The notes: generated by a model from the sequence alone, not told the origin. A DNA stretch of 64,000 bases from Actinomycetota bacterium (GCA_052387235.1 JBQTJJ010000001.1:7581-71580); one strand, 5' to 3'. Shown: positions 20,478 to 30,595, counted from the first letter of the stretch. A program made the numbers and translations.

Positions 20478-22255
20478 CACCGGGCCGGCGACGTGGCTCG
20501 GACGCGCCCGCAGGCACGCCCGCACGTCGGCCGGACCCCGTGTCCCGGGTGCAGTCCTCCCTGCTGCTCAAGATCATGGCCGCCCTCCTGGTGGCGGTCG
20601 TCGGATCGAGCACCCTCACCGCCTTCCTCGAGACCCGGCTGGCCCGGTCCGCCCTCCGGTCCCAGGCCCAACGGGTCACCGCCACCAACCTCAGGCTCCT
20701 CGAGCAGGCGTACAACGCCAGGGAGCGCACGCTCAAGGCGAACCTCCGGAACCTGGGCCAGCGCCTCATCGCCGAGCACCGGCTGGACCCGGAGAACCGC
20801 AACGGCCTCATCCAGGACCTGGGCACGGCGCAGCGCGGCCTGGAGCTCGACGTCCTGCAGGTGGTCGACGCCGGCGGCCGGCCCCTCGACGCCGCGGTCG
20901 GCGTAGGCGACGCCCTGGCGGCCGACCCCCGGGTGACCCGGCTCGATCGCCGGGCGCCGTCCAGCCGCCTCGTGACCCTCGCCGACGGGCGCTGGGTCCA
21001 GGTGGTGCTCATGCCGCTGGGCCCGGCTGCCTCCGCGCCCCTGCTGGTGGGGGGCTACGAGTTCAGCGACCCGTTCGCCTACGAGCTGCGCCGGCTCATG
21101 CGCGACGTCGGCGACGTCGTCCTCGTCGCCGACAGCCGCGTCGTCGGCTCCACCTTGACCACCGACCTCGACCGGCCCCCGGCCCGCACCGCCGGGACCC
21201 TCCCCACCGAGCCGACCGTGATCCGCCCCGAGGGCAGGCACACGCTGGTCGCCTACCGGCCGGTGCCGGCCGCCGTCGGCGGCGCCAGCGGGGCCCTCGG
21301 TGTCCTGCTGGCCGACCCGGAGGCACCTCTGGAGCGGTCCCTGGCCGATGCCAGGATGCTGGCGGCCGGGGTCCTGGCCGTGGTGGCGCTGGCCATGGGC
21401 TGGCTCTTCTTCCGGGCCCTGGTGCGCCCGCTGGTGTATCTCAAGAGCATCGCCGGGCGCATCTCCGAGGGTGACCTCGACGCCGCGTTCGAGGTCGCCG
21501 GAAGCGACGAGATCGCGGCCTTGGCCCGGTCCCTGGAGCGCATGCGCCTGGAGCTGCGGACCCAGCTCGAGCTCATCGCGGCCCAGGCCGCGGACCTCAA
21601 GGACAGCTCGCAGCGGATCGTGGCGGCCCAGGACGAGGAGCGGCACCGCCTGGCCCGGGACCTCCACGACGGCATCCAGCAGCAGCTGGTGGTGCTCCGC
21701 ATGGGACTGGGGATGGCGAAGGAGGCGGCCGAGCGCACCCCGGGCGCCCTGCCGGTTTCGCTGGAGGAGCTGAACGCCGAGCTGAACGCCGTGATCGAGC
21801 GGGTCCGGGAGGTGAGCCACGACCTGTACCCGTCCATCCTGGTCGACCGGGGACTGGCTCCCGCCATGCGCACCTGCCTGTCCCGCCTCCCGCTCTCGGC
21901 CCGCCTCGAGTGCACGCCCGACCCGCTCCCCCGCCTCCCTCCGGAGATCGAGAGCGGCGCCTACTTCCTCATGGGCGAGGCCCTGGCCAACGCCCTCAAG
22001 CACGCCGACGCCACCGAGATCACGTTGCGGCTGGAGGTGCGCGACGGCTGGCTGGAGGTGGTGGTGCGAGACGACGGCAAGGGGTTCCCCGCCGGTGAGC
22101 AGCTGGCCCGGCGGTCGGGCGGGCTGCTCCACATCGAGGACCGGGCCCGGTCCTTCGGCGGCACTGTCCGGATCTCGTCGCAGCCGGGGAAGGGCACCGA
22201 GGTGCGGGCCGCCTTCCCGGTCCCCGACCCGGCGATCGCGGCCCCCACGGCCTGA
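20474..22255 (+). CDS. Sensor histidine kinase (2 TM, large extracytoplasmic domain, HAMP, HisKA_3, HATPase)
   Basis: GTG 20474 overlaps the SBP stop (GTGA). HAMP around LVYLKSIAGRISEGDL. H-box DEERHRLARDLHDGIQQQL. C-terminal ATPase blocks. Confidence 0.88.
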   Translation: MTPGRRRGSDAPAGTPARRPDPVSRVQSSLLLKIMAALLVAVVGSSTLTAFLETRLARSALRSQAQRVTATNLRLLEQAYNARERTLKANLRNLGQRLIAEHRLDPENRNGLIQDLGTAQRGLELDVLQVVDAGGRPLDAAVGVGDALAADPRVTRLDRRAPSSRLVTLADGRWVQVVLMPLGPAASAPLLVGGYEFSDPFAYELRRLMRDVGDVVLVADSRVVGSTLTTDLDRPPARTAGTLPTEPTVIRPEGRHTLVAYRPVPAAVGGASGALGVLLADPEAPLERSLADARMLAAGVLAVVALAMGWLFFRALVRPLVYLKSIAGRISEGDLDAAFEVAGSDEIAALARSLERMRLELRTQLELIAAQAADLKDSSQRIVAAQDEERHRLARDLHDGIQQQLVVLRMGLGMAKEAAERTPGALPVSLEELNAELNAVIERVREVSHDLYPSILVDRGLAPAMRTCLSRLPLSARLECTPDPLPRLPPEIESGAYFLMGEALANALKHADATEITLRLEVRDGWLEVVVRDDGKGFPAGEQLARRSGGLLHIEDRARSFGGTVRISSQPGKGTEVRAAFPVPDPAIAAPTA

Positions 22256-22270
22256 GCCGGCTGTTCCCTC

Positions 22271-22960
22271 TCACTCGCCGGGGCCGGCGTTGTGCTGGAG
22301 GAAGAAGAGCACGGCCGCCACGCGGTGGTTGATGTCCAGCTCCTCGTTGAGGCCGAGCTTCCGGAATATGGCATTGATGTGCTTCTCCACCGCCCGCTCG
22401 CTCAGGACGAGGGCGTCACCGATGGCGGCGTTGGTGCGCCCGGTGGCCATCAGCTCAAGCACCTGGTTCTCGCGGGGGGTGAGGCCGTGGAGCCGGGAGA
22501 GGCTGCGGCGGTGCTGCGCCTCGATCAGGGCGTCGACCACCTTCGGATCGAGGACCGAGCCGCCGGCGGCCACCTCCCGGATGGCCTCGGCCAGCTTGGT
22601 GGGCTCGCCCAGCCGCTCCTTCAGCAGGTAGGCCAGCCCCTTCGATCCGCCCCGCAGGAGCTCCAGGGCGTACTCGGGGTCGGCGTACTGCGAGAGGATC
22701 ACGATGCCGATGTCGGGGTCGCCGCCGCGGATGCGGAGGGCGGCATCGATGCCCTCGGTCTGGTACGTGGGCGGCATCCTGATGTCGAGCACCACCGCGG
22801 CGCACGCGGTGGTCTCCATCAGCGCGAACAGCTCGGCGGGGTCGGCGGCCGTGCCGACCACCTCGATGCCGGCGACGGACGACAGCACGCTGCGCGCACC
22901 CTCGCGGACGAGGTACTCGTCGTCGACGACGATGACGCGAAGTGCGCCGCCTGGCGACAT
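22271..22960 (-). CDS. NarL/LuxR-family response regulator
   Basis: LRVIVVDDEYLVREG receiver and C-terminal LTPRENQVLELMATGRTNAAIGDALVLSERAVEKHI HTH. ATG 22960 is preferred over 22987 (GAAAGG RBS). Convergent with the kinase. Confidence 0.88.
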   Translation of the reverse strand: MSPGGALRVIVVDDEYLVREGARSVLSSVAGIEVVGTAADPAELFALMETTACAAVVLDIRMPPTYQTEGIDAALRIRGGDPDIGIVILSQYADPEYALELLRGGSKGLAYLLKERLGEPTKLAEAIREVAAGGSVLDPKVVDALIEAQHRRSLSRLHGLTPRENQVLELMATGRTNAAIGDALVLSERAVEKHINAIFRKLGLNEELDINHRVAAVLFFLQHNAGPGE

Positions 22961-23014
22961 GGCCACCTTTCTCTGCTTCGCCGCCATCGTATTTGAGCGC
23001 AGGCGACGTGACAG

Positions 23015-23030
23015 GGGGTGCTAGCACCCC
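23015..23030. promoter_or_regulatory. Perfect 16-nt palindrome in a divergent intergenic region
   Basis: GGGGTGCTAGCACCCC equals its own reverse complement. It lies 28 nt upstream of the longest response-regulator ORF start and about 100 nt upstream of the 23128 gene. Confidence 0.4.
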
Positions 23031-23127
23031 TTGGAAATACACCTGATCCCACGGTTTCGTATCAAGCCCGGTAGCGGCCACTCTTGCTGGGTCGACGGTC
23101 ATCGGCCGGCGACTGACGGAGGCACCA

Positions 23128-24648
23128 ATGAGCACACTGACGCCCGATGCCACCAGGCCCGGCCCTTGGGGCCCGGGGCAGTTCGTCACGCACGCCGACT
23201 GGGGGTCCCTCGGTCCGGGCGAGCACGGTGCCGTCGACAGGAACTTCCTGGAAGACGCCCTCGCCTCCCACGTGGCCGGCGCCGGTCGAGCCCGGCTCGA
23301 CCCACAGCGCCTGGGAGCCGTCCTGGCCCGCATGGGCCTCCTCGGCCGGCCCCCGCTCACCCTGGCCGAAGCCGGCCGCCTGGCCGGGCTCACGGGCGAG
23401 CGGGTGCGCCAGCTGGAGGCCCGGGTGCGCAAGCACTTCGCCGATGCGGGCCCGACCGCGCTGCCCGAGCTGGACGCGGCGCTGTCGGCGGTGGCCAGGG
23501 CCGCGCCGATGCCGGCCGGCGCCGTGGGGCAACTGCTGGCCGAGCGGGGCGTGAGCGCGGGGCCGTTCTGCGCCGAGAGCCTCGTCCGCGCCGCCGGGCT
23601 CCTGGGCCGGGAGGTGCCGTTCGTCATCCTGGGCGCCGGGTCCACCGCGGTGGTCGTGCCCAGGCTCACGGCCGCCGCCGCCGCCAACGCCGGCGCCATC
23701 GAGCCCCGGGCCCGGCGCCAGGCCGAGCGCACGGGGGCGTTCACCATGGCCACCCTGGAGAAGGAGCTGTCCGAGGAGCGGATCACCGTCTCGCGCCGCC
23801 AGATGAAGCTCGTCATGGCGACCTGCGAGGGGCTGGAGCCCTGCGGGCAGGGGTGGCTGTGCTTCCGGGACGCCCGGCCCGCGGGCAGCTTCGTCCGGGC
23901 ATCCCTGCGCATGCTGGCGGTCACGTCGCCCCTGGCGGTGCACTCGCTGCACGACGGCCTTCGACGCCACAACGCCTTCCGGCGCCTGCCGCCTCCGCCG
24001 CCGGTCCAGGTGCTGGCCGCCGTGTACCGCTCCCATCCCTCCTTCGTCGTCGAGCCGGACGGTCGGGTGGCGCCGGCGCAGCCGGTGGAGCTGTCCATCG
24101 TCGGCCCGCTGAACCAGCGGATCGTCGAGATCATCCGGGCCGCCGGCGGCGTGCTGGCCCGCCCCGATCTGCTGGACGCCTGCCACCGGGCCGAGCTGAA
24201 CCTCACCTCGGTGAACCTCTACACGACCTACTCCGAGTGCCTGGAGCGGGTCGGCCCCGCCCTGTTCGCTCCACGCGGGTCGGCGGTGGCGGCTCCCGTC
24301 GGGCCGGGCCGCAGCACGCGGCGCGATCCGGACCACGCCTTCGGCCGGACCCCGGACGGGCGGCCGTGGATGGTGGCCAGGGTGACGTCCAGCACCTGGG
24401 CCAATGGCGTGGTCCACGTCCCCGCCGGGCTGCGGCCCCTCGTCGAGGACCGCCGATTCGTGGGCGAGTCCGTCGACGGGTCGCCGCTCACCACGCTGGG
24501 GGTCGATCGCCACGGCAACTCCTGGGGCTGGACCGGCTTCCTGCGGCGGGCCGGGGTGCAACCGGGCCAGTTGGTGCGGGCCACGTTCGACCTCGCGGAC
24601 GAGACCGTGCTGCTCGAGGCCGTCGCCCCCGCCGATCCCGGCAGGTAG
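23128..24648 (+). CDS. Hypothetical protein with sigma-70 region-4-like HTH near the N-terminus
   Basis: ATG preceded by GACGGAGG. LTLAEAGRLAGLTGERVRQLEARVRKHF resembles a sigma70_r4 HTH. I do not recognise the rest (about 400 aa). Confidence 0.6.
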   Translation: MSTLTPDATRPGPWGPGQFVTHADWGSLGPGEHGAVDRNFLEDALASHVAGAGRARLDPQRLGAVLARMGLLGRPPLTLAEAGRLAGLTGERVRQLEARVRKHFADAGPTALPELDAALSAVARAAPMPAGAVGQLLAERGVSAGPFCAESLVRAAGLLGREVPFVILGAGSTAVVVPRLTAAAAANAGAIEPRARRQAERTGAFTMATLEKELSEERITVSRRQMKLVMATCEGLEPCGQGWLCFRDARPAGSFVRASLRMLAVTSPLAVHSLHDGLRRHNAFRRLPPPPPVQVLAAVYRSHPSFVVEPDGRVAPAQPVELSIVGPLNQRIVEIIRAAGGVLARPDLLDACHRAELNLTSVNLYTTYSECLERVGPALFAPRGSAVAAPVGPGRSTRRDPDHAFGRTPDGRPWMVARVTSSTWANGVVHVPAGLRPLVEDRRFVGESVDGSPLTTLGVDRHGNSWGWTGFLRRAGVQPGQLVRATFDLADETVLLEAVAPADPGR

Positions 24649-24891
24649 GCACTGAGCCCCGCCGGTCACGCCGGCGGCGGGTGCGCCGGCCGGGCACCGG
24701 AGGCGGGTGGAGGATCCCTGGGCGCCGGCCGGACGCGCCGCCTCGGGTGCCGGGGCTTCCCGAGCCTCTCCCTGCTCTGTCCTCGGCGGCTGCGGCGCGG
24801 TAGATTTTCCGGGCAGCAGCACCATGTGTCGTGCCCGCACGGGCGATGTGACCCCGGCCCACACAGCCGGAGCGAGAGGAGAGAGAGCCGG

Positions 24892-25407
24892 ATGTCCGAC
24901 ATCACCAAAGTGCTGAGGGATGACCACGCCAGGATCAAGCGCCTGTTCCTCCGGGCCAACCAGGCGTCGGAGGACGTTTCCATAGCCCTCGACGTGTGCG
25001 ACGAGCTGGTGATCCACGGCACCATCGAGGAGGAGATCGTCTACCCGGCCCTGGCCGAGCTCGACTCCCGCCTGGCGGAGGAGTCCGAGGACGAGCACGA
25101 GGAGGCCAAGGAGATCATCGCCGAGATCCAGGACCTCGATCCGTACGACCCGGCGGTGGCCGGCCTCATGGTCCAGCTCAAGAAGGCGGTGATGCGCCAC
25201 GTCGACAAGGAGGAGAAGGTCGTATTCCCCGTCCTCGAGCGCGGCCTCCCCGACCAGCTGCTCGAGCTCGGCAGCCAGGCCTTCGCCATGCGCCAGGAGC
25301 TCCTCGGCGCTCGGCCGCCCCGGCGGTCGACCCAGACGACCCAGACCGCCAACGTGGGCTGGAGCCGGGCCCGTCGCAAGTCGGCCACGAGCAACATGGG
25401 GTTCTGA
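24892..25407 (+). CDS. Hemerythrin (HHE cation-binding) domain protein
   Basis: LRDDHARIKRLF ... HGTIEEEIVYP ... DEHEEAKEII ... RHVDKEEKVVFP His/Glu ligand pattern. ATG 24892 follows a purine-rich RBS. Confidence 0.8.
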   Translation: MSDITKVLRDDHARIKRLFLRANQASEDVSIALDVCDELVIHGTIEEEIVYPALAELDSRLAEESEDEHEEAKEIIAEIQDLDPYDPAVAGLMVQLKKAVMRHVDKEEKVVFPVLERGLPDQLLELGSQAFAMRQELLGARPPRRSTQTTQTANVGWSRARRKSATSNMGF

Positions 25408-25474
25408 GCAGCTCCGCCGTTTTTCCGGATCGGGGGGTGTTTCACCCGTTCCGGCGCTTTAGACTCTCCCTCCG

Positions 25475-26641
25475 ATGCATCGCATGGTCCGGCGTCTGCT
25501 GTTCGCGTCCGTCGGTCTGCTCGTCGTTCTCGGGGGGACGGCCGCCGCCGCGGCCTGGTACGACGGCGCCCACCGTGACCGGCTGCTCCCCGGCGTCACG
25601 GTGGGCGGGATCGACGCCGGCGGGAAGCCGGCGGCCGCCATCGTCCAGGCCCTGGACGCCGAGTTGCCGCCCATCGGCGCCACCGCCCTGCGGGTGACGG
25701 CCGGACCGGCCCGCACCACGCTGACGCTCTCCGACCTCGGGCTGCGCTCCGACGCGGCCGAGAGCGTGGCCCGGGCCCGGGCCGAGGCCGACCGGATGGG
25801 CGTCCTGGGCAGGGTGTGGCACCACCTGCTGGACAAGCCGGTGGAGCGGCACTACCCCGTGCGCCTCCAGGTCAGCCGGGCCGAGGTGGAGCGGGCCGTC
25901 CTCCGCCTGTCCAAGCAGGTGCAGCTCGATCCGGTGGACGCCCGGATCGACACCTCGTCGGGCATGGTGAGCATCCTGCCGGCGGCCCGGGGCCGCACCC
26001 TCGACGTGGCCGCCGCCACCGAGCGCGTCCATGCCGCTGCCGTCGACGTCGCCAACGGCACACGCACCGACGTGGAGGTCTCGGCGCCGGTGCGGGCCCT
26101 CGAGCCCCGGATCAAGGGCTTCGACGACGTCATCCTCGTTCGCGTGGCCGAGAACAAGCTCTACCACTACGACAACGGCGTCCTGGCCAAGACCTACAGC
26201 GTGGCCACGGGCACGGCCAGGTACCCCACCCCCAAGGGGAACTTCTCGGTGGTGCTCAAGCGCCGCAACCCCACGTGGGTGAACCCCGACCCTCGCGGCT
26301 GGGGCCGCAGCCTCCCGGCCAGGATCGGGCCCGGGCCCCGCAATCCGCTCGGCACCAGGGCCCTGAACCTCGACGCACCCGGCATCCGGATCCATGGCAC
26401 CGCCAACGTGGCCTCGCTCGGCACGCCGGCGTCGCACGGCTGCATCCGGATGGCCATGCCCGACATCGAGGAGCTGTTCGACAAGGTCGAGCAGGGCACG
26501 CCCGTCGCCATCATCCAGGGCCCGCCCCCGCCCACGCCTGTGCCGCCTGTACCCGGAGCGGCTCCGGTGCCGGCCGCGCCCGCATCGCCGGTCGCCACCA
26601 TCGGCGACCCCGACTCGCCGGTCGACCTGGAGGCCGGGTAG
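25475..26641 (+). CDS. L,D-transpeptidase (YkuD) with N-terminal anchor and accessory domain
   Basis: VATGTARYPTPKGNFSV ... IRIHGT ... SHGCIRM catalytic motif. N-terminal TM helix. Confidence 0.88.
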   Translation: MHRMVRRLLFASVGLLVVLGGTAAAAAWYDGAHRDRLLPGVTVGGIDAGGKPAAAIVQALDAELPPIGATALRVTAGPARTTLTLSDLGLRSDAAESVARARAEADRMGVLGRVWHHLLDKPVERHYPVRLQVSRAEVERAVLRLSKQVQLDPVDARIDTSSGMVSILPAARGRTLDVAAATERVHAAAVDVANGTRTDVEVSAPVRALEPRIKGFDDVILVRVAENKLYHYDNGVLAKTYSVATGTARYPTPKGNFSVVLKRRNPTWVNPDPRGWGRSLPARIGPGPRNPLGTRALNLDAPGIRIHGTANVASLGTPASHGCIRMAMPDIEELFDKVEQGTPVAIIQGPPPPTPVPPVPGAAPVPAAPASPVATIGDPDSPVDLEAG

Positions 26642-26684
26642 AGGACCCGCCGGGCCGGAGGCGCCACGCCGCTAGCGTCCCGCC

Positions 26685-28190
26685 ATGGCCGAGGTTTCCG
26701 ACGACGATCGCGCAACCCCGGTCATCCTCGTGTCCAACCGGGGTCCGGTGGGGTACTCCAGCGAGGGCGGGCGGCGCACCACCAAGCGGGGGGGCGGCGG
26801 CCTGGTCACCGCCCTTTCGGGCCTGGCGGGGCGCTTGGACGACGTGGTGTGGGTCTGCGCCGCCCTGTCGGAGGAGGACGCCGTCGTCGCCGGGGAGCAC
26901 GGAGGCCTGGCTTTCGAGCCCGGCGAGCCGGGTGGCGGGCTCAAGGTCCGCTTCCTCGTCCTCGACCCCGACGAGCAGCACAAGTTCTACAACGTGATCT
27001 CGAACCCGCTGCTCTGGTTCATCCAGCACTACCTGTGGGGGATGAGCACCGCTCCCGACATCACCGGCGTGGAGACCGACGCCTTCGCCCACGGGTACGA
27101 GCCCGTCAACCGGGCCTTCGCCGACGCCGTGGTGGAGGAGGTCGAGGCTCGGGGCGGGAGGGCGATCGTCATGCTGCAGGACTACCACTTCTACCTCGTG
27201 CCGGACACGGTCCGGTCCCGGTGCCCCGACGCCTTCCTCCACCACTTCGTGCACATCCCCTGGCCCCAGCCCGACGCGTGGCTCGTCCTGCCCCCCGCCA
27301 TGCGCGAGGCCGTGCTCCGGGGCGTGCTCGGCAACGACGTGGTGGCCTTCCACACCGAGCGCTACGCCCGGAACTTCCTCCTGGGCTGCCAGGAGCTGCT
27401 GGACCTGCCGGTGGACCTGGAGCGCATGACGGTGGACGTGGACGGCCGCACCGTGCGGGCCCGCTGGTATCCCATCTCGGTCGACGCCGGCGCCCTGGAG
27501 GAGCTGGCCGCCTCCCCCGGCGTGGCCGAGCACCAACGGCGGCTGGCGGAGCGCCAGCGGGACCACCTGGTGCTGCGGGTCGACCGGGCCGACCTCAGCA
27601 AGAACATCGTCCGGGGCTTCCGCGCCTTCGACGTGCTCCTCGACGACCATCCCGAGCTGCTCGAGCGGGTGACCTTCCTGGCCCTGATCCAGCCCAGCCG
27701 CCAGGATGTGGACGCCTACGTCGAGTACCTGGAGCGGGTCCGGCGGGTGGTGGCCGACGTCAACTTGAAGCACGGCACGTCGGACTGGCAGCCCATCGAC
27801 CTCCGCCTCGAGGACGACCTGGAGCAGGCGGTGGCCGCCTACAAGCTGTTCGACGTGCTCGTGGTCAACGCCATCTTCGACGGCATGAACCTGGTGGCGA
27901 AGGAGGCGGTCCTGGTGAACGAGCGGGACGGCGTGCTGGCGCTCTCCGAGAACACCGGTGCCCACGAGGAGCTGGGCGAGTTCGCGGTGACACTGCACCC
28001 CTTCGACATCCAGCAGCAGGCCGATGCCCTGCACGAGGCGCTCGAGATGGAGCCGGCCGAGCGCCGGCGCCGGCTGGCTGCGTGCGCCGAGCTGATCCGG
28101 GAGAACGACATCGGCAAGTGGCTCAGCGAGCAGCTGCGCGACGCGCGCCGGCTGCACCATCCGACGGGGGCGGGGACCGGCGCGGACTAG
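26685..28190 (+). CDS. otsA: Trehalose-6-phosphate synthase (GT20)
   Basis: VILVSNRGP ... GGLVTAL ... FYNVISNPLLWFIQHYLW ... VNAIFDGMNLVAKE. Confidence 0.9.
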   Translation: MAEVSDDDRATPVILVSNRGPVGYSSEGGRRTTKRGGGGLVTALSGLAGRLDDVVWVCAALSEEDAVVAGEHGGLAFEPGEPGGGLKVRFLVLDPDEQHKFYNVISNPLLWFIQHYLWGMSTAPDITGVETDAFAHGYEPVNRAFADAVVEEVEARGGRAIVMLQDYHFYLVPDTVRSRCPDAFLHHFVHIPWPQPDAWLVLPPAMREAVLRGVLGNDVVAFHTERYARNFLLGCQELLDLPVDLERMTVDVDGRTVRARWYPISVDAGALEELAASPGVAEHQRRLAERQRDHLVLRVDRADLSKNIVRGFRAFDVLLDDHPELLERVTFLALIQPSRQDVDAYVEYLERVRRVVADVNLKHGTSDWQPIDLRLEDDLEQAVAAYKLFDVLVVNAIFDGMNLVAKEAVLVNERDGVLALSENTGAHEELGEFAVTLHPFDIQQQADALHEALEMEPAERRRRLAACAELIRENDIGKWLSEQLRDARRLHHPTGAGTGAD

Positions 28191-28305
28191 TGCTCCATCA
28201 GTCATCGTCGGCGATGCGCACGGCGAGCCGGGGGCGCCGCTGGCAGGGCCGCAGGACGAAGGCGCACACCGCGTGCGTCGGGCCGGAACGGGCCACCTCG
28301 GGGCG

Positions 28306-29868
28306 ATGGTCCCGCCCGGCGTCGTAGGGTCGCACGCCGTGACCGGTGTGGACGTGGTGGTCGGCGCCGGCCACAACGGGCTGGTGGCGGCCTGCTACCT
28401 GGCCCGGGCCGGGCGCGACGTGGTCGTGCTGGAGCAGCTCGACCGCCCCGGGGGCGGCTCCCGCACCGAGGAGACCGTGGCCGGCTACCGCTTCGACCTG
28501 CACTCGGCGGCCCACAACATCATCAACATGACCGACATCCCGGCCGAGCTCGACCTGGCCGGCGCCGGCCTCGACTACCTGGAGATGGACCCGTTCTCGA
28601 TCGCCGTCCACGCCGACGGCCGGCGGGTCCGCTTCTTCCGGTCCATCGAGGCCACGCTCGACTCCATCGCCGAGGACTCCCCCACCGAGGCGCTCGCCTA
28701 CCGATGCTTCCTGGACCAGGCGGTGCCGGTGGTGCGGGCCATCCTCCCCGCCGTCCGGGGCGACACCTCGCGCCGGGCCCTCCCCCGCCAGTTGGCAAGT
28801 GTCGTCCGCTGCCTGCGCCGTCACCCGCTGGCCACCGTCCGCGACGTCCTGAGCCCCTACGAGACGCTGCTGGAGCGCTGGCTCCCGTCCGACCTCACCC
28901 GCGGCCCGGTGGCGGCCTTCGCCGCCCACGCCGGCGTCGGCCCCTCCACCCCTGGTGGCGCGCTGTACGCGTTCTGGCAGGCCGCCTACCACCTGTTCGG
29001 GCAGTGGCACGGACGGGGCGGGGCCCAGAACCTCACCGATGCGCTGGCCGCCCGGCTGCGCTCGCTCGGCGGGCAGCTGCGGTGCTCGGCGCCGGTGGCC
29101 AGGATCGAGGCCCCCGGCGGCCGGGTCCGCGCCGTGGTCCTGGAGGACGGGGAGCGGATCGAGGCGGCAACCGTCCTCACCGCCATGGACCCGAAGACCG
29201 CCCTGCTGGAGCTCCTCCAGCCGCCGCTGGCCGGCGAGGCCGGCGCCGACCTGGCCGCGGCCCGGCGCTCCAACGTGGTGCAGGCCGTCGTCCACGTTGC
29301 CACCGACCGCCTGCCCGCCTACCCGGGCGCCCGGCACGGGGACTGGAACGGGCTGCAGTCCTACGTCGACGGGCTGGGTGACCTCAGCCGGGCCTGGGCC
29401 GCGGCCGAAGCCGGGCTGCTCCCGGACCCGCTCCCCCTCTACGCCTTCACCCCGTCCGCGCTCGACGACGGCCTGGCGCCGCCAGGTCACCACACCGTCT
29501 ACCTGGCCTGCCCGGCCTCGCCGGCGGTGGTGGGGGGCGGCTGGCCGGCCCGGCGGGACGAGCTCGTGGAGCGCAGCCTGGACGTGGTGGAGTCCCGCGC
29601 CCCCGGCTTCCGGGCATCGGTGCAGGGCGTCGCCACCTGGACCCCGGACGAGATGGAGCAGGTGGAGCGGTGGCCCGGGGGCCATCCCATGTACCTCGAC
29701 ATCGCCCTCGACCAGCTCGGCCCCTTCCGGCCCACCCGGCAGCTGGGCGGCTGGCGCACACCCGTGCGGGGCCTCTTCATCTCAGGGGCCGGCACCAACC
29801 CGTCCGGCGGCATCGCCGGCACGCCGGGGCGCCAGGCGGCCCGGGCCCTGCTCGCCGACCACACCTGA
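28306..29868 (+). CDS. Phytoene-desaturase-family NAD(P)/FAD oxidoreductase
   Basis: VDVVVGAGHNGLVAACYLARAGRDVVVLE dinucleotide fold and CrtI-like length. GTG 28339 is an alternative start. Confidence 0.8.
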   Translation: MVPPGVVGSHAVTGVDVVVGAGHNGLVAACYLARAGRDVVVLEQLDRPGGGSRTEETVAGYRFDLHSAAHNIINMTDIPAELDLAGAGLDYLEMDPFSIAVHADGRRVRFFRSIEATLDSIAEDSPTEALAYRCFLDQAVPVVRAILPAVRGDTSRRALPRQLASVVRCLRRHPLATVRDVLSPYETLLERWLPSDLTRGPVAAFAAHAGVGPSTPGGALYAFWQAAYHLFGQWHGRGGAQNLTDALAARLRSLGGQLRCSAPVARIEAPGGRVRAVVLEDGERIEAATVLTAMDPKTALLELLQPPLAGEAGADLAAARRSNVVQAVVHVATDRLPAYPGARHGDWNGLQSYVDGLGDLSRAWAAAEAGLLPDPLPLYAFTPSALDDGLAPPGHHTVYLACPASPAVVGGGWPARRDELVERSLDVVESRAPGFRASVQGVATWTPDEMEQVERWPGGHPMYLDIALDQLGPFRPTRQLGGWRTPVRGLFISGAGTNPSGGIAGTPGRQAARALLADHT

Positions 29869-29949
29869 CCGGGCGAGCGAGAGGCCCTGGCGGACCGGCC
29901 CCGGCGGGCGTACGGTGCCCACCTGAACGACGACGAGAGGGGGACGGCA

Positions 29950-30540
29950 ATGTTCGTACAGGTGATCCAGGGGAAGGTCGCGGACGCCGAGGGCATGCGC
30001 CGGCAGGTGGAGCGCTGGCAGGAGGAGCTGCGGCCGGGCGCCACGGGGTACCTCGGCAGCACCGCCGGCATCGCCGACGACGGGACCTTCGTGGCCTTCG
30101 TGCGGTTCGCGTCAGCCGAGGAGGCGCAGCGAAACAGCGAGCGACCGGAGCAGGGCGCCTGGTGGGCCGAGACCGCCACGTGCATCGACGGTGAGGCCAG
30201 CTTCCTCGAGGGCGACGACGTGGAGACGACGCTGGAGGGCGGGTCGGACCAGGCCGGCTTCGTCCAGATCATGCAGGGCACCGTCACCGACCGCGCCGTC
30301 GTCGCGGCGATGGAGCAGGAGTTCCTGCCCCGGCTCCAGGCCATGCGGCCCGACGTCATCGGCTCGGTACGGCTCTGGTCGGGCTCGCAGTTCACCGACG
30401 CCATCTACTTCACCAACGAGTCCGACGCCCGCAAGGGCGAGGAGGCCATGGGCCAGGAGGCCGGCGCCGACCTCGAGCGGTGGGCCGAGGTGATCAAGGA
30501 CGTGAGCTTCATCGACCTCCGGGACCCCTGGCTCCACTAG
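29950..30540 (+). CDS. Hypothetical protein (two similar halves, possibly ABM/dimeric alpha-beta-barrel-like)
   Basis: MFVQVIQGKV... and ...GFVQIMQGTV... begin two related about 90-aa halves. The fold assignment is a guess. Confidence 0.55.
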   Translation: MFVQVIQGKVADAEGMRRQVERWQEELRPGATGYLGSTAGIADDGTFVAFVRFASAEEAQRNSERPEQGAWWAETATCIDGEASFLEGDDVETTLEGGSDQAGFVQIMQGTVTDRAVVAAMEQEFLPRLQAMRPDVIGSVRLWSGSQFTDAIYFTNESDARKGEEAMGQEAGADLERWAEVIKDVSFIDLRDPWLH

Positions 30541-30595
30541 AGGGGCAGGCAAGAGCCCGCACCCTCGAGGGGCCGAGCGTCTACCTTCTGCAGAC

